DNA of 64,000 nucleotides from Escherichia coli (GTDB lineage Bacteria; Pseudomonadota; Gammaproteobacteria; Enterobacterales; Enterobacteriaceae): NCBI RefSeq assembly GCF_009931435.1, contig NZ_CP043414.1; one strand, 5' to 3'. Shown piece by piece: positions 45,266 to 55,910 of this stretch (position 1 is its first letter; each line of letters starts with the position of its first letter). The notes under the pieces were generated by a model. It saw only the letters and a program-made list of their open reading frames with translations, ran no database searches and was not told where the DNA came from. The position numbers and the translations under genes were made by a program.

Positions 45266-46486
45266 ATGGCAATGAGTGAACAAACCCAGCCAGTGGCTGA
45301 CGCTGCTGCGTCAACGACCAAGGCCCGAACATCGTTTGGTATTTTAGGTGCTATCAGCCTCTCACATCTGCTGAACGACATGATCCAATCGCTGATTCTG
45401 GCGATTTATCCCCTGCTTCAGTCAGAATTTTCTCTGACATTTATGCAAATTGGCATGATAACCCTCACCTTCCAGCTCGCCTCTTCACTATTGCAACCTG
45501 TGGTCGGCTACTGGACGGATAAATATCCGATGCCGTGGTCGTTGCCGATTGGCATGTGCTTTACCTTAAGCGGTCTGGTGCTGCTGGCGCTGGCGGGCAG
45601 TTTTGGCGCAGTTCTGCTGGCGGCGGCGTTGGTCGGCACTGGTTCGTCGATCTTTCACCCGGAATCCTCACGCGTGGCCCGAATGGCGTCTGGTGGCCGT
45701 CATGGTCTGGCGCAATCTATCTTCCAGGTCGGCGGCAACTTTGGCAGTTCCCTGGGGCCCTTGCTGGCAGCGGTGATTATCGCGCCTTATGGCAAAGGCA
45801 ACGTGGCCTGGTTTGTGCTTGCAGCACTGCTGGCAATCGTGGTGCTGGCGCAAATCAGCCGTTGGTACTCGGCACAGCACCGAATGAATAAAGGAAAACC
45901 AAAAGCGACGATTATCAATCCACTGCCGCGCAACAAAGTGGTACTGGCGGTCAGCATTCTGTTAATCCTGATTTTCTCGAAATATTTCTATATGGCGAGC
46001 ATCAGTAGCTATTACACCTTTTATCTGATGCAAAAATTCGGATTATCTATCCAGAATGCCCAACTTCATCTGTTTGCCTTCTTGTTTGCCGTTGCGGCAG
46101 GTACGGTGATTGGCGGGCCTGTGGGGGATAAAATTGGGCGGAAATATGTGATTTGGGGCTCTATCCTCGGCGTTGCGCCGTTTACGCTGATTTTACCCTA
46201 CGCCACCCTGCACTGGACGGGGGTTTTGACGGTGATTATTGGATTTATCCTCGCTTCGGCGTTCTCTGCCATTCTGGTCTACGCTCAGGAGCTACTTCCA
46301 GGACGTATCGGTATGGTTTCTGGACTCTTTTTCGGTTTTGCTTTCGGCATGGGGGGTCTGGGAGCGGCAGTTCTGGGGCTTATCGCCGACCACACCAGCA
46401 TCGAGTTAGTCTATAAAATCTGTGCTTTCCTGCCACTATTGGGGATGTTGACCATATTCCTGCCTGATAACCGGCATAAAGACTGA
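45266..46486 (+). CDS. fsr: MFS fosmidomycin-resistance efflux protein Fsr
   Basis: 406-aa 12-TM MFS ORF in the K-12 position between ushA and ybaL. Confidence 0.85.
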   Translation: MAMSEQTQPVADAAASTTKARTSFGILGAISLSHLLNDMIQSLILAIYPLLQSEFSLTFMQIGMITLTFQLASSLLQPVVGYWTDKYPMPWSLPIGMCFTLSGLVLLALAGSFGAVLLAAALVGTGSSIFHPESSRVARMASGGRHGLAQSIFQVGGNFGSSLGPLLAAVIIAPYGKGNVAWFVLAALLAIVVLAQISRWYSAQHRMNKGKPKATIINPLPRNKVVLAVSILLILIFSKYFYMASISSYYTFYLMQKFGLSIQNAQLHLFAFLFAVAAGTVIGGPVGDKIGRKYVIWGSILGVAPFTLILPYATLHWTGVLTVIIGFILASAFSAILVYAQELLPGRIGMVSGLFFGFAFGMGGLGAAVLGLIADHTSIELVYKICAFLPLLGMLTIFLPDNRHKD

Positions 46487-46493
46487 TTTCATT

Positions 46494-46526
46494 GCAGCCA
46501 AAGGCAAACTTTGGCTGCATCGTTTT
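46494..46526 (+). terminator. Putative rho-independent terminator of fsr
   Basis: Hairpin gcagccaaag-gcaaa-ctttggctgc 8 nt after the fsr stop, followed by ATCGTTTT. Confidence 0.55.
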
Positions 46527-46723
46527 ACAGTCGCCATAAGCCTTTCCTCTGTTAAACCGCCTTCTGTTTTCCGATCCGTGCTTTTTTTGCCGCTAATTCC
46601 ATTTTTCTGCAAAATTCAACAATTATTCATAAACATCATCAATGAAATTGTCATAAACTATTACGTGTAATTTTGGTTTTCCCGGCCAAAAATGGACAAT
46701 AACCACCAGGAAAAGGAGACGGA

Positions 46724-48400
46724 ATGCATCACGCCACCCCGCTTATCACCACCATTGTTGGCGGCCTTGTGCTCGCCTTTATCCTCGGCATGCTGGCCAA
46801 TAAACTACGCATTTCTCCTCTGGTGGGATACCTGTTAGCAGGTGTGCTGGCGGGACCATTCACTCCTGGCTTTGTTGCCGATACCAAGCTCGCGCCGGAA
46901 CTGGCGGAGCTGGGCGTTATTCTGCTGATGTTCGGCGTCGGTTTGCACTTTTCGCTGAAGGATTTGATGGCGGTAAAGGCCATCGCCATTCCCGGCGCGA
47001 TCGCCCAGATAGCCGTGGCGACGCTGCTGGGTATGGCGCTCTCCGCCGTGCTGGGCTGGTCGTTAATGACCGGTATCGTGTTCGGTTTATGTCTTTCCAC
47101 CGCCAGTACCGTGGTGTTACTGCGCGCACTTGAAGAACGGCAATTAATAGACAGCCAGCGTGGGCAAATCGCCATCGGTTGGTTGATTGTGGAAGACCTG
47201 GTCATGGTTCTGACGCTGGTATTGCTGCCCGCAGTAGCAGGAATGATGGAACAGGGTGATGTGGGCTTTGCGACGCTGGCCGTTGATATGGGGATCACCA
47301 TTGGCAAGGTGATCGCATTTATCGCCATTATGATGCTGGTAGGTCGCCGTCTGGTGCCGTGGATTATGGCACGCAGCGCGGCAACCGGTTCCCGCGAGCT
47401 ATTTACCCTGTCGGTGCTGGCGCTAGCGTTAGGGATTGCTTTTGGCGCGGTGGAACTGTTTGACGTCTCCTTTGCGCTGGGCGCGTTCTTCGCCGGGATG
47501 GTACTGAACGAGTCTGAACTGAGTCACCGTGCTGCCCACGATACGCTGCCATTGCGCGACGCGTTTGCGGTGCTGTTTTTTGTCTCCGTCGGAATGCTGT
47601 TTGATCCGTTAATTCTGATTCAGCAACCACTGGCGGTGCTAGCGACGCTGGCGATTATTCTGTTTGGTAAGTCCTTAGCCGCGTTTTTCCTGGTGCGACT
47701 GTTTGGTCACTCTCAACGTACGGCATTAACTATCGCCGCCAGCCTGGCGCAAATTGGTGAGTTCGCTTTTATCCTGGCGGGGCTGGGGATGGCGCTGGAT
47801 CTGTTGCCGCAGGCCGGACAAAACCTGGTGCTGGCAGGGGCAATCCTGTCGATTATGCTTAACCCGGTGCTGTTCGCGCTGCTGGAGAAATATCTGGCGA
47901 AGACCGAAACGCTGGAAGAGCAGACGCTGGAAGAAGCTATCGAAGAGGAGAAGCAGATTCCGGTGGATATCTGCAACCATGCGCTGCTGGTAGGTTATGG
48001 TCGTGTGGGCAGCCTGCTGGGGGAGAAATTGCTCGCCTCTGATATTCCTTTAGTGGTGATTGAGACGTCACGTACTCGCGTCGATGAACTGCGCGAGCGC
48101 GGGGTCCGGGCGGTATTGGGCAACGCGGCGAATGAAGAAATTATGCAACTAGCGCATCTGGAATGCGCAAAATGGCTGATCCTGACGATTCCTAATGGTT
48201 ACGAAGCAGGCGAGATTGTGGCGTCTGCTCGCGCGAAAAACCCGGATATTGAGATTATCGCCCGCGCCCATTATGACGACGAGGTAGCATATATTACCGA
48301 GCGCGGGGCGAATCAGGTGGTAATGGGCGAGCGTGAAATCGCCCGTACTATGCTGGAACTGCTGGAAACGCCACCGGCGGGTGAAGTGGTGACGGGGTAA
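46724..48400 (+). CDS. ybaL: CPA2-family cation/proton antiporter YbaL (KefB-like, with C-terminal TrkA-N/RCK domain)
   Basis: 558-aa ORF with an N-terminal 12-TM exchanger domain and a C-terminal Rossmann-like region (LLVGYGRVGSLLGEKL). Confidence 0.85.
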   Translation: MHHATPLITTIVGGLVLAFILGMLANKLRISPLVGYLLAGVLAGPFTPGFVADTKLAPELAELGVILLMFGVGLHFSLKDLMAVKAIAIPGAIAQIAVATLLGMALSAVLGWSLMTGIVFGLCLSTASTVVLLRALEERQLIDSQRGQIAIGWLIVEDLVMVLTLVLLPAVAGMMEQGDVGFATLAVDMGITIGKVIAFIAIMMLVGRRLVPWIMARSAATGSRELFTLSVLALALGIAFGAVELFDVSFALGAFFAGMVLNESELSHRAAHDTLPLRDAFAVLFFVSVGMLFDPLILIQQPLAVLATLAIILFGKSLAAFFLVRLFGHSQRTALTIAASLAQIGEFAFILAGLGMALDLLPQAGQNLVLAGAILSIMLNPVLFALLEKYLAKTETLEEQTLEEAIEEEKQIPVDICNHALLVGYGRVGSLLGEKLLASDIPLVVIETSRTRVDELRERGVRAVLGNAANEEIMQLAHLECAKWLILTIPNGYEAGEIVASARAKNPDIEIIARAHYDDEVAYITERGANQVVMGEREIARTMLELLETPPAGEVVTG

Positions 48401-48410
48401 GACATTGATT

Positions 48411-48598
48411 CCATTGCCGGATGCGATGCTGGCGCATCTTATCCGGCCTACAGGTGCCACCTTCCAAAGGTCGGATAAGGCGTTTATGTCGCATCCGACT
48501 GTCATTGCCGGATGCGATGTTGACACATCTTATCCAGCCTACAGGTGCCATCTTTCGTAGGTCGGATAAGGCGTTTATGCCGCATCCGACTGTCATCA
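48411..48598. repeat. BIME cluster: four REP units as two near-identical ~95-bp tandem copies
   Basis: ccattgccggatgcgatg...atcttatccggcctacaggtgcc...aggtcggataaggcgtttatg.cgcatccgactgtcat occurs twice with a few substitutions, in the ybaL-gsk spacer. Confidence 0.8.
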
Positions 48599-48608
48599 GT
48601 CCGATAAC

Positions 48609-49913
48609 TTAACGATCCCAGTAAGACTCTTCCAGACTGTCTTCACGCTCCGGTAAGCCGCGCGTTAAACGAGGTGAATGCTGGTTCAGTACCTGATAGC
48701 TCACACGGTTAGCATATTTACACACCTGCGCTAATGACGAATACGTTAACCAGGTGAATTTATGTTTGCTGGAGTTTGGTACGTTGCTACGGTGGTAGCT
48801 GTTGGCGGTAATGTCATGCAGCAATGCTGCCAGTGCGCCATCCCCGGCACCGTTGGTGTTCATGATCTTTTCCGGCCCACCCATATAAGGCGCAATGTGA
48901 GAATAGACGCGCAGCGGGTTCTGGCAATCTTTATGGCGCATGGCGCGGCTAAACTCATACTGGTTAAATTCCGCGATAGCGCCCGGCAGCAGCGGATGCT
49001 GGGTTTTACGTTTCGCTTCGTCTTCAGTAAAGCCCGCCATATACAAGCCGATTGGCCCGGCGGTGCACAGCACCAGATCAACCCAGTCCAGCGCCTTGTC
49101 AGATGCCAACAACGGATCGCTTTCTCCGGTCAACGCTTCGGCCTCATCTTCGTTCATCGCAAGGATAGAGACGTGATCTTTGAGGAATTGCTGCCACCAC
49201 TGCGGATTCTCGGCAATGACAAACTTGGTGCCCAGCGTCAGCACCACCGGTACGTTATATTTCTTCGCGTACTCAATGGCTTTCATGGTTGCTTCCGGCA
49301 TGGGTTCACCCGGCTTACAACGCACCAGATAAGAAGTGAGAACCAGTGCCGAGGCTCCGGCAATCACATCTTCCGGAATACTTTCAGCCCGCAGCTGGTT
49401 CATGTGGCCAGGGCTGATAGCAAAGGTACGTTCCCCGGACTCGCCAATCAGGGTAAAGCAGCGACCAATCGGGCCGTCCACGCCTTGCAGATAGTTAAGA
49501 TCGGTACGGCTGGAGGTGTTACACAGGTAACGATAGGCATAGCTGCCAATTTCAATATTGCTGCACATGACGCCCAGCAGCACCGAACGGTCGTCCGCGA
49601 GCACCGAGTAGTTGTGCATGGTGTTACCAATAGTGCCACCCGCAAACTGATGGGTAATCAGGTTTTTCTGTTTCAGCTCCTGATAAAGTGCTTCGGCAAC
49701 ATCATCCTCAATCACCAGTGAATGCCCGGCGCTTAATCCATAACGCTCAATGAACTCATCATCCACTTTCGCTTCAATATCGACCAGCGTTTGATCGATA
49801 CCCACTACCCAGGCAGCGCTGGTTTCGTTTTCTGGCTGGAATTGCTGAAGCAGCGGATCGCGTGCGTTTACGGGAAAATAATGTTTGGATTTACGTTTGC
49901 CGGGAAATTTCAT
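48609..49913 (-). CDS. gsk: Inosine-guanosine kinase
   Basis: 434-aa ORF MKFPGKRKSKHYFPVNARDPLLQQF... of the PfkB/ribokinase family (GAGD motif NGAGDGALAALL). Confidence 0.9.
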   Translation of the reverse strand: MKFPGKRKSKHYFPVNARDPLLQQFQPENETSAAWVVGIDQTLVDIEAKVDDEFIERYGLSAGHSLVIEDDVAEALYQELKQKNLITHQFAGGTIGNTMHNYSVLADDRSVLLGVMCSNIEIGSYAYRYLCNTSSRTDLNYLQGVDGPIGRCFTLIGESGERTFAISPGHMNQLRAESIPEDVIAGASALVLTSYLVRCKPGEPMPEATMKAIEYAKKYNVPVVLTLGTKFVIAENPQWWQQFLKDHVSILAMNEDEAEALTGESDPLLASDKALDWVDLVLCTAGPIGLYMAGFTEDEAKRKTQHPLLPGAIAEFNQYEFSRAMRHKDCQNPLRVYSHIAPYMGGPEKIMNTNGAGDGALAALLHDITANSYHRSNVPNSSKHKFTWLTYSSLAQVCKYANRVSYQVLNQHSPRLTRGLPEREDSLEESYWDR

Positions 49914-50064
49914 GGTTGTTTTTACGGGTGGTTAACTGAGCGGCGAATGTTAACACAATCTGACGGGAGCGCGCGAGACGCAGCCAGTTTCAATATCAGC
50001 AGGCGGGATCGCATTTTCATGGCAGTGGTTCCTTACAATGACGTAATTTGAAAGGAGTTTTTGC

Positions 50065-51024
50065 ATGAAGCCGGAAAACAAATTACCCGTTCTGGACCTT
50101 ATTTCTGCTGAAATGAAGACCGTTGTGAATACTCTTCAGCCGGATTTACCGCCCTGGCCCGCAACGGGAACGATTGCAGAGCAACGTCAGTATTACACGC
50201 TTGAGCGCCGATTCTGGAATGCTGGCGCTCCAGAAATGGCAACCAGCGCTTACATGGTTCCCACACCTTATGGTCAGGTCGAGACTCGCCTCTACTCACC
50301 CAAAAGTCACAGCCCGGCGACACTATTTTATCTGCATGGTGGTGGTTTTATTCTCGGCAATCTTGATACCCACGATCGGATTATGCGACTGCTGGCAAAT
50401 TACACCCAATGTACAGTGATTGGTATTGCTTACACTCTTTCGCCGGAAGCACGTTTTCCGCAGGCAATAGAGGAAATTGTGGCTGCCTGTTGCCACTTCC
50501 ACCAGCAGGCAGAGGATTATCAAATCAATATGTCACGCATTGGTTTTGCCGGTGATTCTGCAGGCGCAATGCTGGCGCTCGCCAGTGCGTTGTGGTTACG
50601 TGATAAACAGATAGATTGCGGTGAAGTTGCGGGCGTTTTGCTGTGGTATGGGCTTTACGGATTACGGGATTCCGTGACTCGTCGTCTGTTGGGCGGTGTC
50701 TGGGATGGCTTAACGCAACAGGATTTACAGATGTATGAAGAGGCGTATTTAAGCAACGACGCGGACCGCGAGTCGCCGTATTACTGCCTGTTTAATAATG
50801 ATCTCACTCGCGAAGTTCCGCCCTGTTTTATTGCCGGGGCGGAGTTCGATCCGCTGCTGGATGACAGCCGTCTGCTTTACCAGACGTTAGCGGCGCATCA
50901 GCAGCCCTGTGAGTTCAAACTCTACCCAGGCACGTTACACGCCTTTTTGCATTATTCACGGATGATGAAAGCCGCCGACGAGGCTCTTCGCGACGGCGCT
51001 CAGTTCTTTACCGCTCAGCTTTAG
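50065..51024 (+). CDS. aes: Acetyl esterase (alpha/beta hydrolase, HSL family)
   Basis: 319-aa ORF with HGGG oxyanion motif ([10 protein letters not shown]) and GDSAG nucleophile motif; its 3' end overlaps hemH by 4 nt (convergent). Confidence 0.9.
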   Translation: MKPENKLPVLDLISAEMKTVVNTLQPDLPPWPATGTIAEQRQYYTLERRFWNAGAPEMATSAYMVPTPYGQVETRLYSPKSHSPATLFYLHGGGFILGNLDTHDRIMRLLANYTQCTVIGIAYTLSPEARFPQAIEEIVAACCHFHQQAEDYQINMSRIGFAGDSAGAMLALASALWLRDKQIDCGEVAGVLLWYGLYGLRDSVTRRLLGGVWDGLTQQDLQMYEEAYLSNDADRESPYYCLFNNDLTREVPPCFIAGAEFDPLLDDSRLLYQTLAAHQQPCEFKLYPGTLHAFLHYSRMMKAADEALRDGAQFFTAQL

Positions 51025-51983
51025 CGATACGCGGCAACAAGATTAGCCATCATTTCGATATGTTCCGGTGTAGCATTAAGCGCCGGAATATATTCGTATT
51101 TTTGACCGCCCGCACCGAGGAAGACTTCACGGTTTTGCTCGGCAATCTCTTCCAGCGTCTCCAGACAATCTGCAGCAAAGCCCGGGCACATCACCTGAAT
51201 ATGACCTACGCCTTTTTCTCCGAGCATTTTCAGCGTTTCGTCGGTATAAGGCATCAGCCAGGGTTCCCGCCCAAAGCGCGACTGAAAGGTCATCATCACT
51301 TTTTCCGGTGCCATCCCCAGTGCGGAAGCCAGTTCGCGAGTCGTTGTGCGGCAACGTTGCGGATAATCATCGCCTTCATCTGCATAACGCTGGGGAATGC
51401 CATGATAAGAGAGCAGCAGCAGATCCGGTTCGCCATGTTTGGCAAAAGAAGCACGTACGCTGTTCGCCAGTGCATTAATGTAATCGTGGTTATCGGCGTA
51501 ATCACGAATAAACGATATCCCCGGAATGCTACGTTTGCGCGCCAGAATGCGTGCCAGCTCATCCCATACCGCACCGACCGTTGAACAGGAGTATTGCGGA
51601 TAAAGCGGCAGCACCACAATATGATCTACATGCTCTGCCAGGAGTTCATCTACGGCGCTTTCCAGTGATGGCGAGCCGTAGCTCATTCCCAGCGCTACGG
51701 GCGTCTCCGGTAAACGTTGTGCCAGCGCCTGCTGTTGCTGGCGGCTGTAAACCATCAGTGGCGAGCCGCCCTCCATCCAGACAGAGGCATACAACTTCGC
51801 CACACGCGGCGAGCGCAGCGGCAAAATCACGCCGCGCAGCAACGGCCACCACAACAGCCGTGAGGTATCAACCACGCGTCTGTCGCTTAAAAATTGTTTC
51901 AGGTAGCGTTTTACCGCTTCAGGAGTGGGGGCATCGGGTGTACCCAGGTTTGCCAGCAGAATACCGGTTTTAGTTTGACGCAT
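51021..51983 (-). CDS. hemH: Ferrochelatase
   Basis: 320-aa [41 protein letters not shown]... Confidence 0.9.
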   Translation of the reverse strand: MRQTKTGILLANLGTPDAPTPEAVKRYLKQFLSDRRVVDTSRLLWWPLLRGVILPLRSPRVAKLYASVWMEGGSPLMVYSRQQQQALAQRLPETPVALGMSYGSPSLESAVDELLAEHVDHIVVLPLYPQYSCSTVGAVWDELARILARKRSIPGISFIRDYADNHDYINALANSVRASFAKHGEPDLLLLSYHGIPQRYADEGDDYPQRCRTTTRELASALGMAPEKVMMTFQSRFGREPWLMPYTDETLKMLGEKGVGHIQVMCPGFAADCLETLEEIAEQNREVFLGAGGQKYEYIPALNATPEHIEMMANLVAAYR

Positions 51984-52114
51984 TACCGCCTCTTATCGAT
52001 TCAACTTGTTGATAATTGTAGCGGAAAAGTGAAGAAGAAGAACTAATTGCTGTGAGAGGTTTTGCCTGAGGAGGATGAGCAGACCTGCCCGAAAGCAGAT
52101 CTGCTGCGGCTTAA

Positions 52115-52831
<717 letters not shown>

Positions 52832-52895
52832 TCAAGAAAGGCACCTGAGGCTGAAACGGTTAATGGCGAGATAATTTGCGGAAAGGACAGATGAT

Positions 52896-52936
52896 GAAAA
52901 GAAAAATGCCGGATGACACGAGGGTCATCCGGCATT
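52896..52936 (-). terminator. Putative rho-independent terminator of htpG
   Basis: 12-bp stem atgccggatgac / gtcatccggcat with a 6-nt loop immediately 3' of the htpG stop, followed on the minus strand by CATTTTTCTTTTC. Confidence 0.6.
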
Positions 52937-52939
52937 ACA

Positions 52940-54814
52940 TCAGGAAACCAGCAGCTGGTTCATACGGCGAATAAACAGGTTCGGATCTTCCAGCGTACCG
53001 CGCTCTGCCAGCAGCGCCTGATCCAGCAGCAGTTCTACCCACTCGCTGAACTTCGCTTCATCTTCAGTATCTGCCGCACGTTTCACCAGTACGTGATCCG
53101 GGTTCAGTTCGAAGATGTATTTCACTTCTGGTACTTTCTGGCCCGCCGCAGCGAACAGTTTCGCCATCTGGGTGCTCATTTCGTCCGCGTCGGTCGAAAC
53201 GATCGCTGGCGTATCGGTCAGACGGTGAGTCAGACGGACATCTTTCACGCGCTCGCCGAGCAGGGCTTTCACACGGTCGATGAACGGAGTCAGTGCTTTC
53301 TCCGCTTCTTTCGCGCTCTCATCAACTTCGTCAGCCAGTTTTTCCAGCGACTCGTCAACTTTAGACACAGACTGGAACGGTTTACCGTCGAACTCAGTCA
53401 GATAGTTCATCATCCACTCATCGATGCGGTCGGAAAGCAGCAGAACTTCGATGCCTTTCTTACGCAGCAGTTCCAGGTGCGGGCTGCTCTTCGCTGCCGC
53501 ATAGCTGTCTGCGGTGATGTAGTAGATTTTCTCCTGCCCTTCTTTCATGCGGGAAACGTAGTCTTCCAGAGACACGGTCTGCGCAGAAGAGTCGGTATAG
53601 GTAGAAGCAAAACGCAGCAGTTTGGCGATCGCTTCCTGGTTAGCGAAATCTTCCGCCGGACCTTCTTTCAGTACCAGGCCAAACTGTTGCCAGAAGGTCT
53701 GGTATTTTTCCGCATCGTCTTTCGCCAGTTTTTCCAGCATTTGCAGCACACGCTTGGTCAGCGCATTGCGCAGGTTACGCGTTACCGTGCTGTCCTGGAG
53801 GATTTCACGGGAAACATTCAGCGGCAGATCGCTGGAGTCAATCAGACCACGCACGAAGCGCAGATAGTTCGGCATGAACTGTTCTGCGTCGTCCATGATG
53901 AACACACGCTGAACATACAGTTTCAGGCCGTGTTTATGATCGCGGTTCCACATATCCCACGGTGCCTGCGACGGAATATACAGCAGGCTGGTGTACTCCT
54001 GCTTACCTTCAACGCGGTTGTGGCTCCAGGTCAGCGGATCGTTAAAGTCGTGGGCGATGTGTTTGTAGAACTCTTTGTACTCTTCGTCGGTGATTTCCGA
54101 CTTGTTACGGGTCCACAGCGCCTGCGCTTTGTTGATTTTCTCCCAGGAGATAACGGTTTCGCCGTCTTTCTCTTCGCGTTTTTCGATCTCTACCGGCAGC
54201 GCGATATGGTCGGAGTATTTGCTGATGATGGAACGCACGCGCCAGTCATCGAGGAACTCGTCTTCGCCTTCACGCAGATGCAGGGTGATTTCAGTACCAC
54301 GATCTTCTTTGGTGATGTCGGCAACGGTATATTCACCTTCGCCAGCCGATTCCCAGAAGACGCCGTTTTCTGGTTTTTCGCCTGCCGCGCGAGTACGCAC
54401 GGTCACTTTGTCGGCCACGATAAACGCAGAGTAGAAACCAACACCAAACTGACCGATCAGTTGGCTGTCTTTCGCCTGGTCAGAACCCAGGGATTCGAGG
54501 AATGATTTGGTGCCGGATTTAGCGATAGTCCCCAGATGGTCAATCACTTCGTCGCGGGTCATCCCCACGCCGTTATCGGAGATGGTAAGCGTGCGCTTGT
54601 CTTTATCGAAAGAGACACGAACGCGCAGTTCGCCATCACCTTCGTACAGGTCCGGGTTAGAGAGCGCGCGGAAACGCAGCTTGTCCGCCGCATCGGAGGC
54701 GTTAGAGATAAGCTCACGCAGGAAGATTTCTTTATTGGAATAGAGAGAATGGATCATCAGGTGCAGAAGCTGTTTCACTTCTGACTGAAAACCACGAGTT
54801 TCTTGTCCTTTCAT
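52940..54814 (-). CDS. htpG: Hsp90-family molecular chaperone HtpG
   Basis: 624-aa [45 protein letters not shown] (GHKL ATPase N-domain). Confidence 0.95.
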   Translation of the reverse strand: MKGQETRGFQSEVKQLLHLMIHSLYSNKEIFLRELISNASDAADKLRFRALSNPDLYEGDGELRVRVSFDKDKRTLTISDNGVGMTRDEVIDHLGTIAKSGTKSFLESLGSDQAKDSQLIGQFGVGFYSAFIVADKVTVRTRAAGEKPENGVFWESAGEGEYTVADITKEDRGTEITLHLREGEDEFLDDWRVRSIISKYSDHIALPVEIEKREEKDGETVISWEKINKAQALWTRNKSEITDEEYKEFYKHIAHDFNDPLTWSHNRVEGKQEYTSLLYIPSQAPWDMWNRDHKHGLKLYVQRVFIMDDAEQFMPNYLRFVRGLIDSSDLPLNVSREILQDSTVTRNLRNALTKRVLQMLEKLAKDDAEKYQTFWQQFGLVLKEGPAEDFANQEAIAKLLRFASTYTDSSAQTVSLEDYVSRMKEGQEKIYYITADSYAAAKSSPHLELLRKKGIEVLLLSDRIDEWMMNYLTEFDGKPFQSVSKVDESLEKLADEVDESAKEAEKALTPFIDRVKALLGERVKDVRLTHRLTDTPAIVSTDADEMSTQMAKLFAAAGQKVPEVKYIFELNPDHVLVKRAADTEDEAKFSEWVELLLDQALLAERGTLEDPNLFIRRMNQLLVS

Positions 54815-54865
54815 GTAGGTCTACCTCAATAATGCCATTTTAAGGTTAAAAACAGGATGAGGGAG

Positions 54866-54894
54866 AGATGGGGACAAGGGAGAATAATTTCAAG
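54866..54894 (-). promoter_or_regulatory. sigma32 heat-shock promoter of htpG
   Basis: On the minus strand: CTTGAAA (-35), 14-nt spacer, CCCCATCT (-10), about 50-80 nt upstream of the htpG ATG; matches the sigma32 consensus. Confidence 0.7.
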
Positions 54895-54923
54895 CGAGAG
54901 CAGGTGATCCTGCTCTCGTTTGC

Positions 54924-55528
54924 TTAAAAACGAATCTTATGACGCCCGGCAAGGGAGTGTGACAGCGTGGTGCCATCGACCATTTCCAGCTCGCCGCCAA
55001 CCGGTACGCCATGAGCGATTCGGCTGGCTTCCACGTCATATTGCGCGCAAAGCTCGGCAATGTAGTTAGCGGTAGCTTCACCTTCAACCGTGGGGTTGGT
55101 GGCGAGGATCACTTCAGTGATTTTTTCCTCTGCCAGACGCTGTTCCAGACGATCAAGCCCGATATCATCCGGACCGATGCCGTCCAGCGGTGACAGGTGC
55201 CCCATCAACACAAAATAACGACCTGAAAACTGCCCCGTCTGCTCAATGGCGTAAATGTCCGCCGGACTCTCCACCACGCAGATTTGACCGTTTTCCTGAC
55301 GACGCGGATTCGAACAGATGTTACAGACTTCCTGTTCGGTGAAGGTGCGGCAATCGGCGCAGTGGCCGATTTCCGACATCGCCCGGGTGAGCGCCTGCGC
55401 CAGACGCATCCCGCCGCTACGATCGCGCTGAAGCAGCGTGAACGCCATACGCTGCGCCGACTTCGGGCCAACGCCCGGCAGACAGCGCAGTGCTTCCATA
55501 AGCTGTGTTAACAGCGGGCTGGTTTGCA

Positions 55529-55529
<1 letters not shown>
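54924..55529 (-). CDS. recR: Recombination protein RecR
   Basis: 201-aa ORF with C4 zinc finger ([16 protein letters not shown]) and Toprim domain; start overlaps the ybaB stop by 1 nt. Confidence 0.95.
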
Positions 55530-55873
<344 letters not shown>

Positions 55874-55910
55874 TCACGTTAAGGATGACGAACGTAAGCT
55901 GTGCTTACGA

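Noticed and set aside
46729-47328. 199-aa minus-strand ORF inside ybaL
   Set aside because: Antisense to a clearly identifiable CPA2 antiporter gene; composition-driven open frame.
48762-49721. 319-aa plus-strand ORF antisense to gsk
   Set aside because: Fully contained within gsk; no recognisable features; antisense artefact.
52095-52104. 10-bp palindrome gcagatctgc downstream of adk, considered as a terminator
   Set aside because: Short stem with essentially no loop and no convincing U-run; insufficient evidence to call a terminator.
52913-54505. 530-aa plus-strand ORF antisense to htpG
   Set aside because: Fully contained in htpG on the opposite strand; low-complexity translation with no motifs. 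htpG itself is unambiguous.
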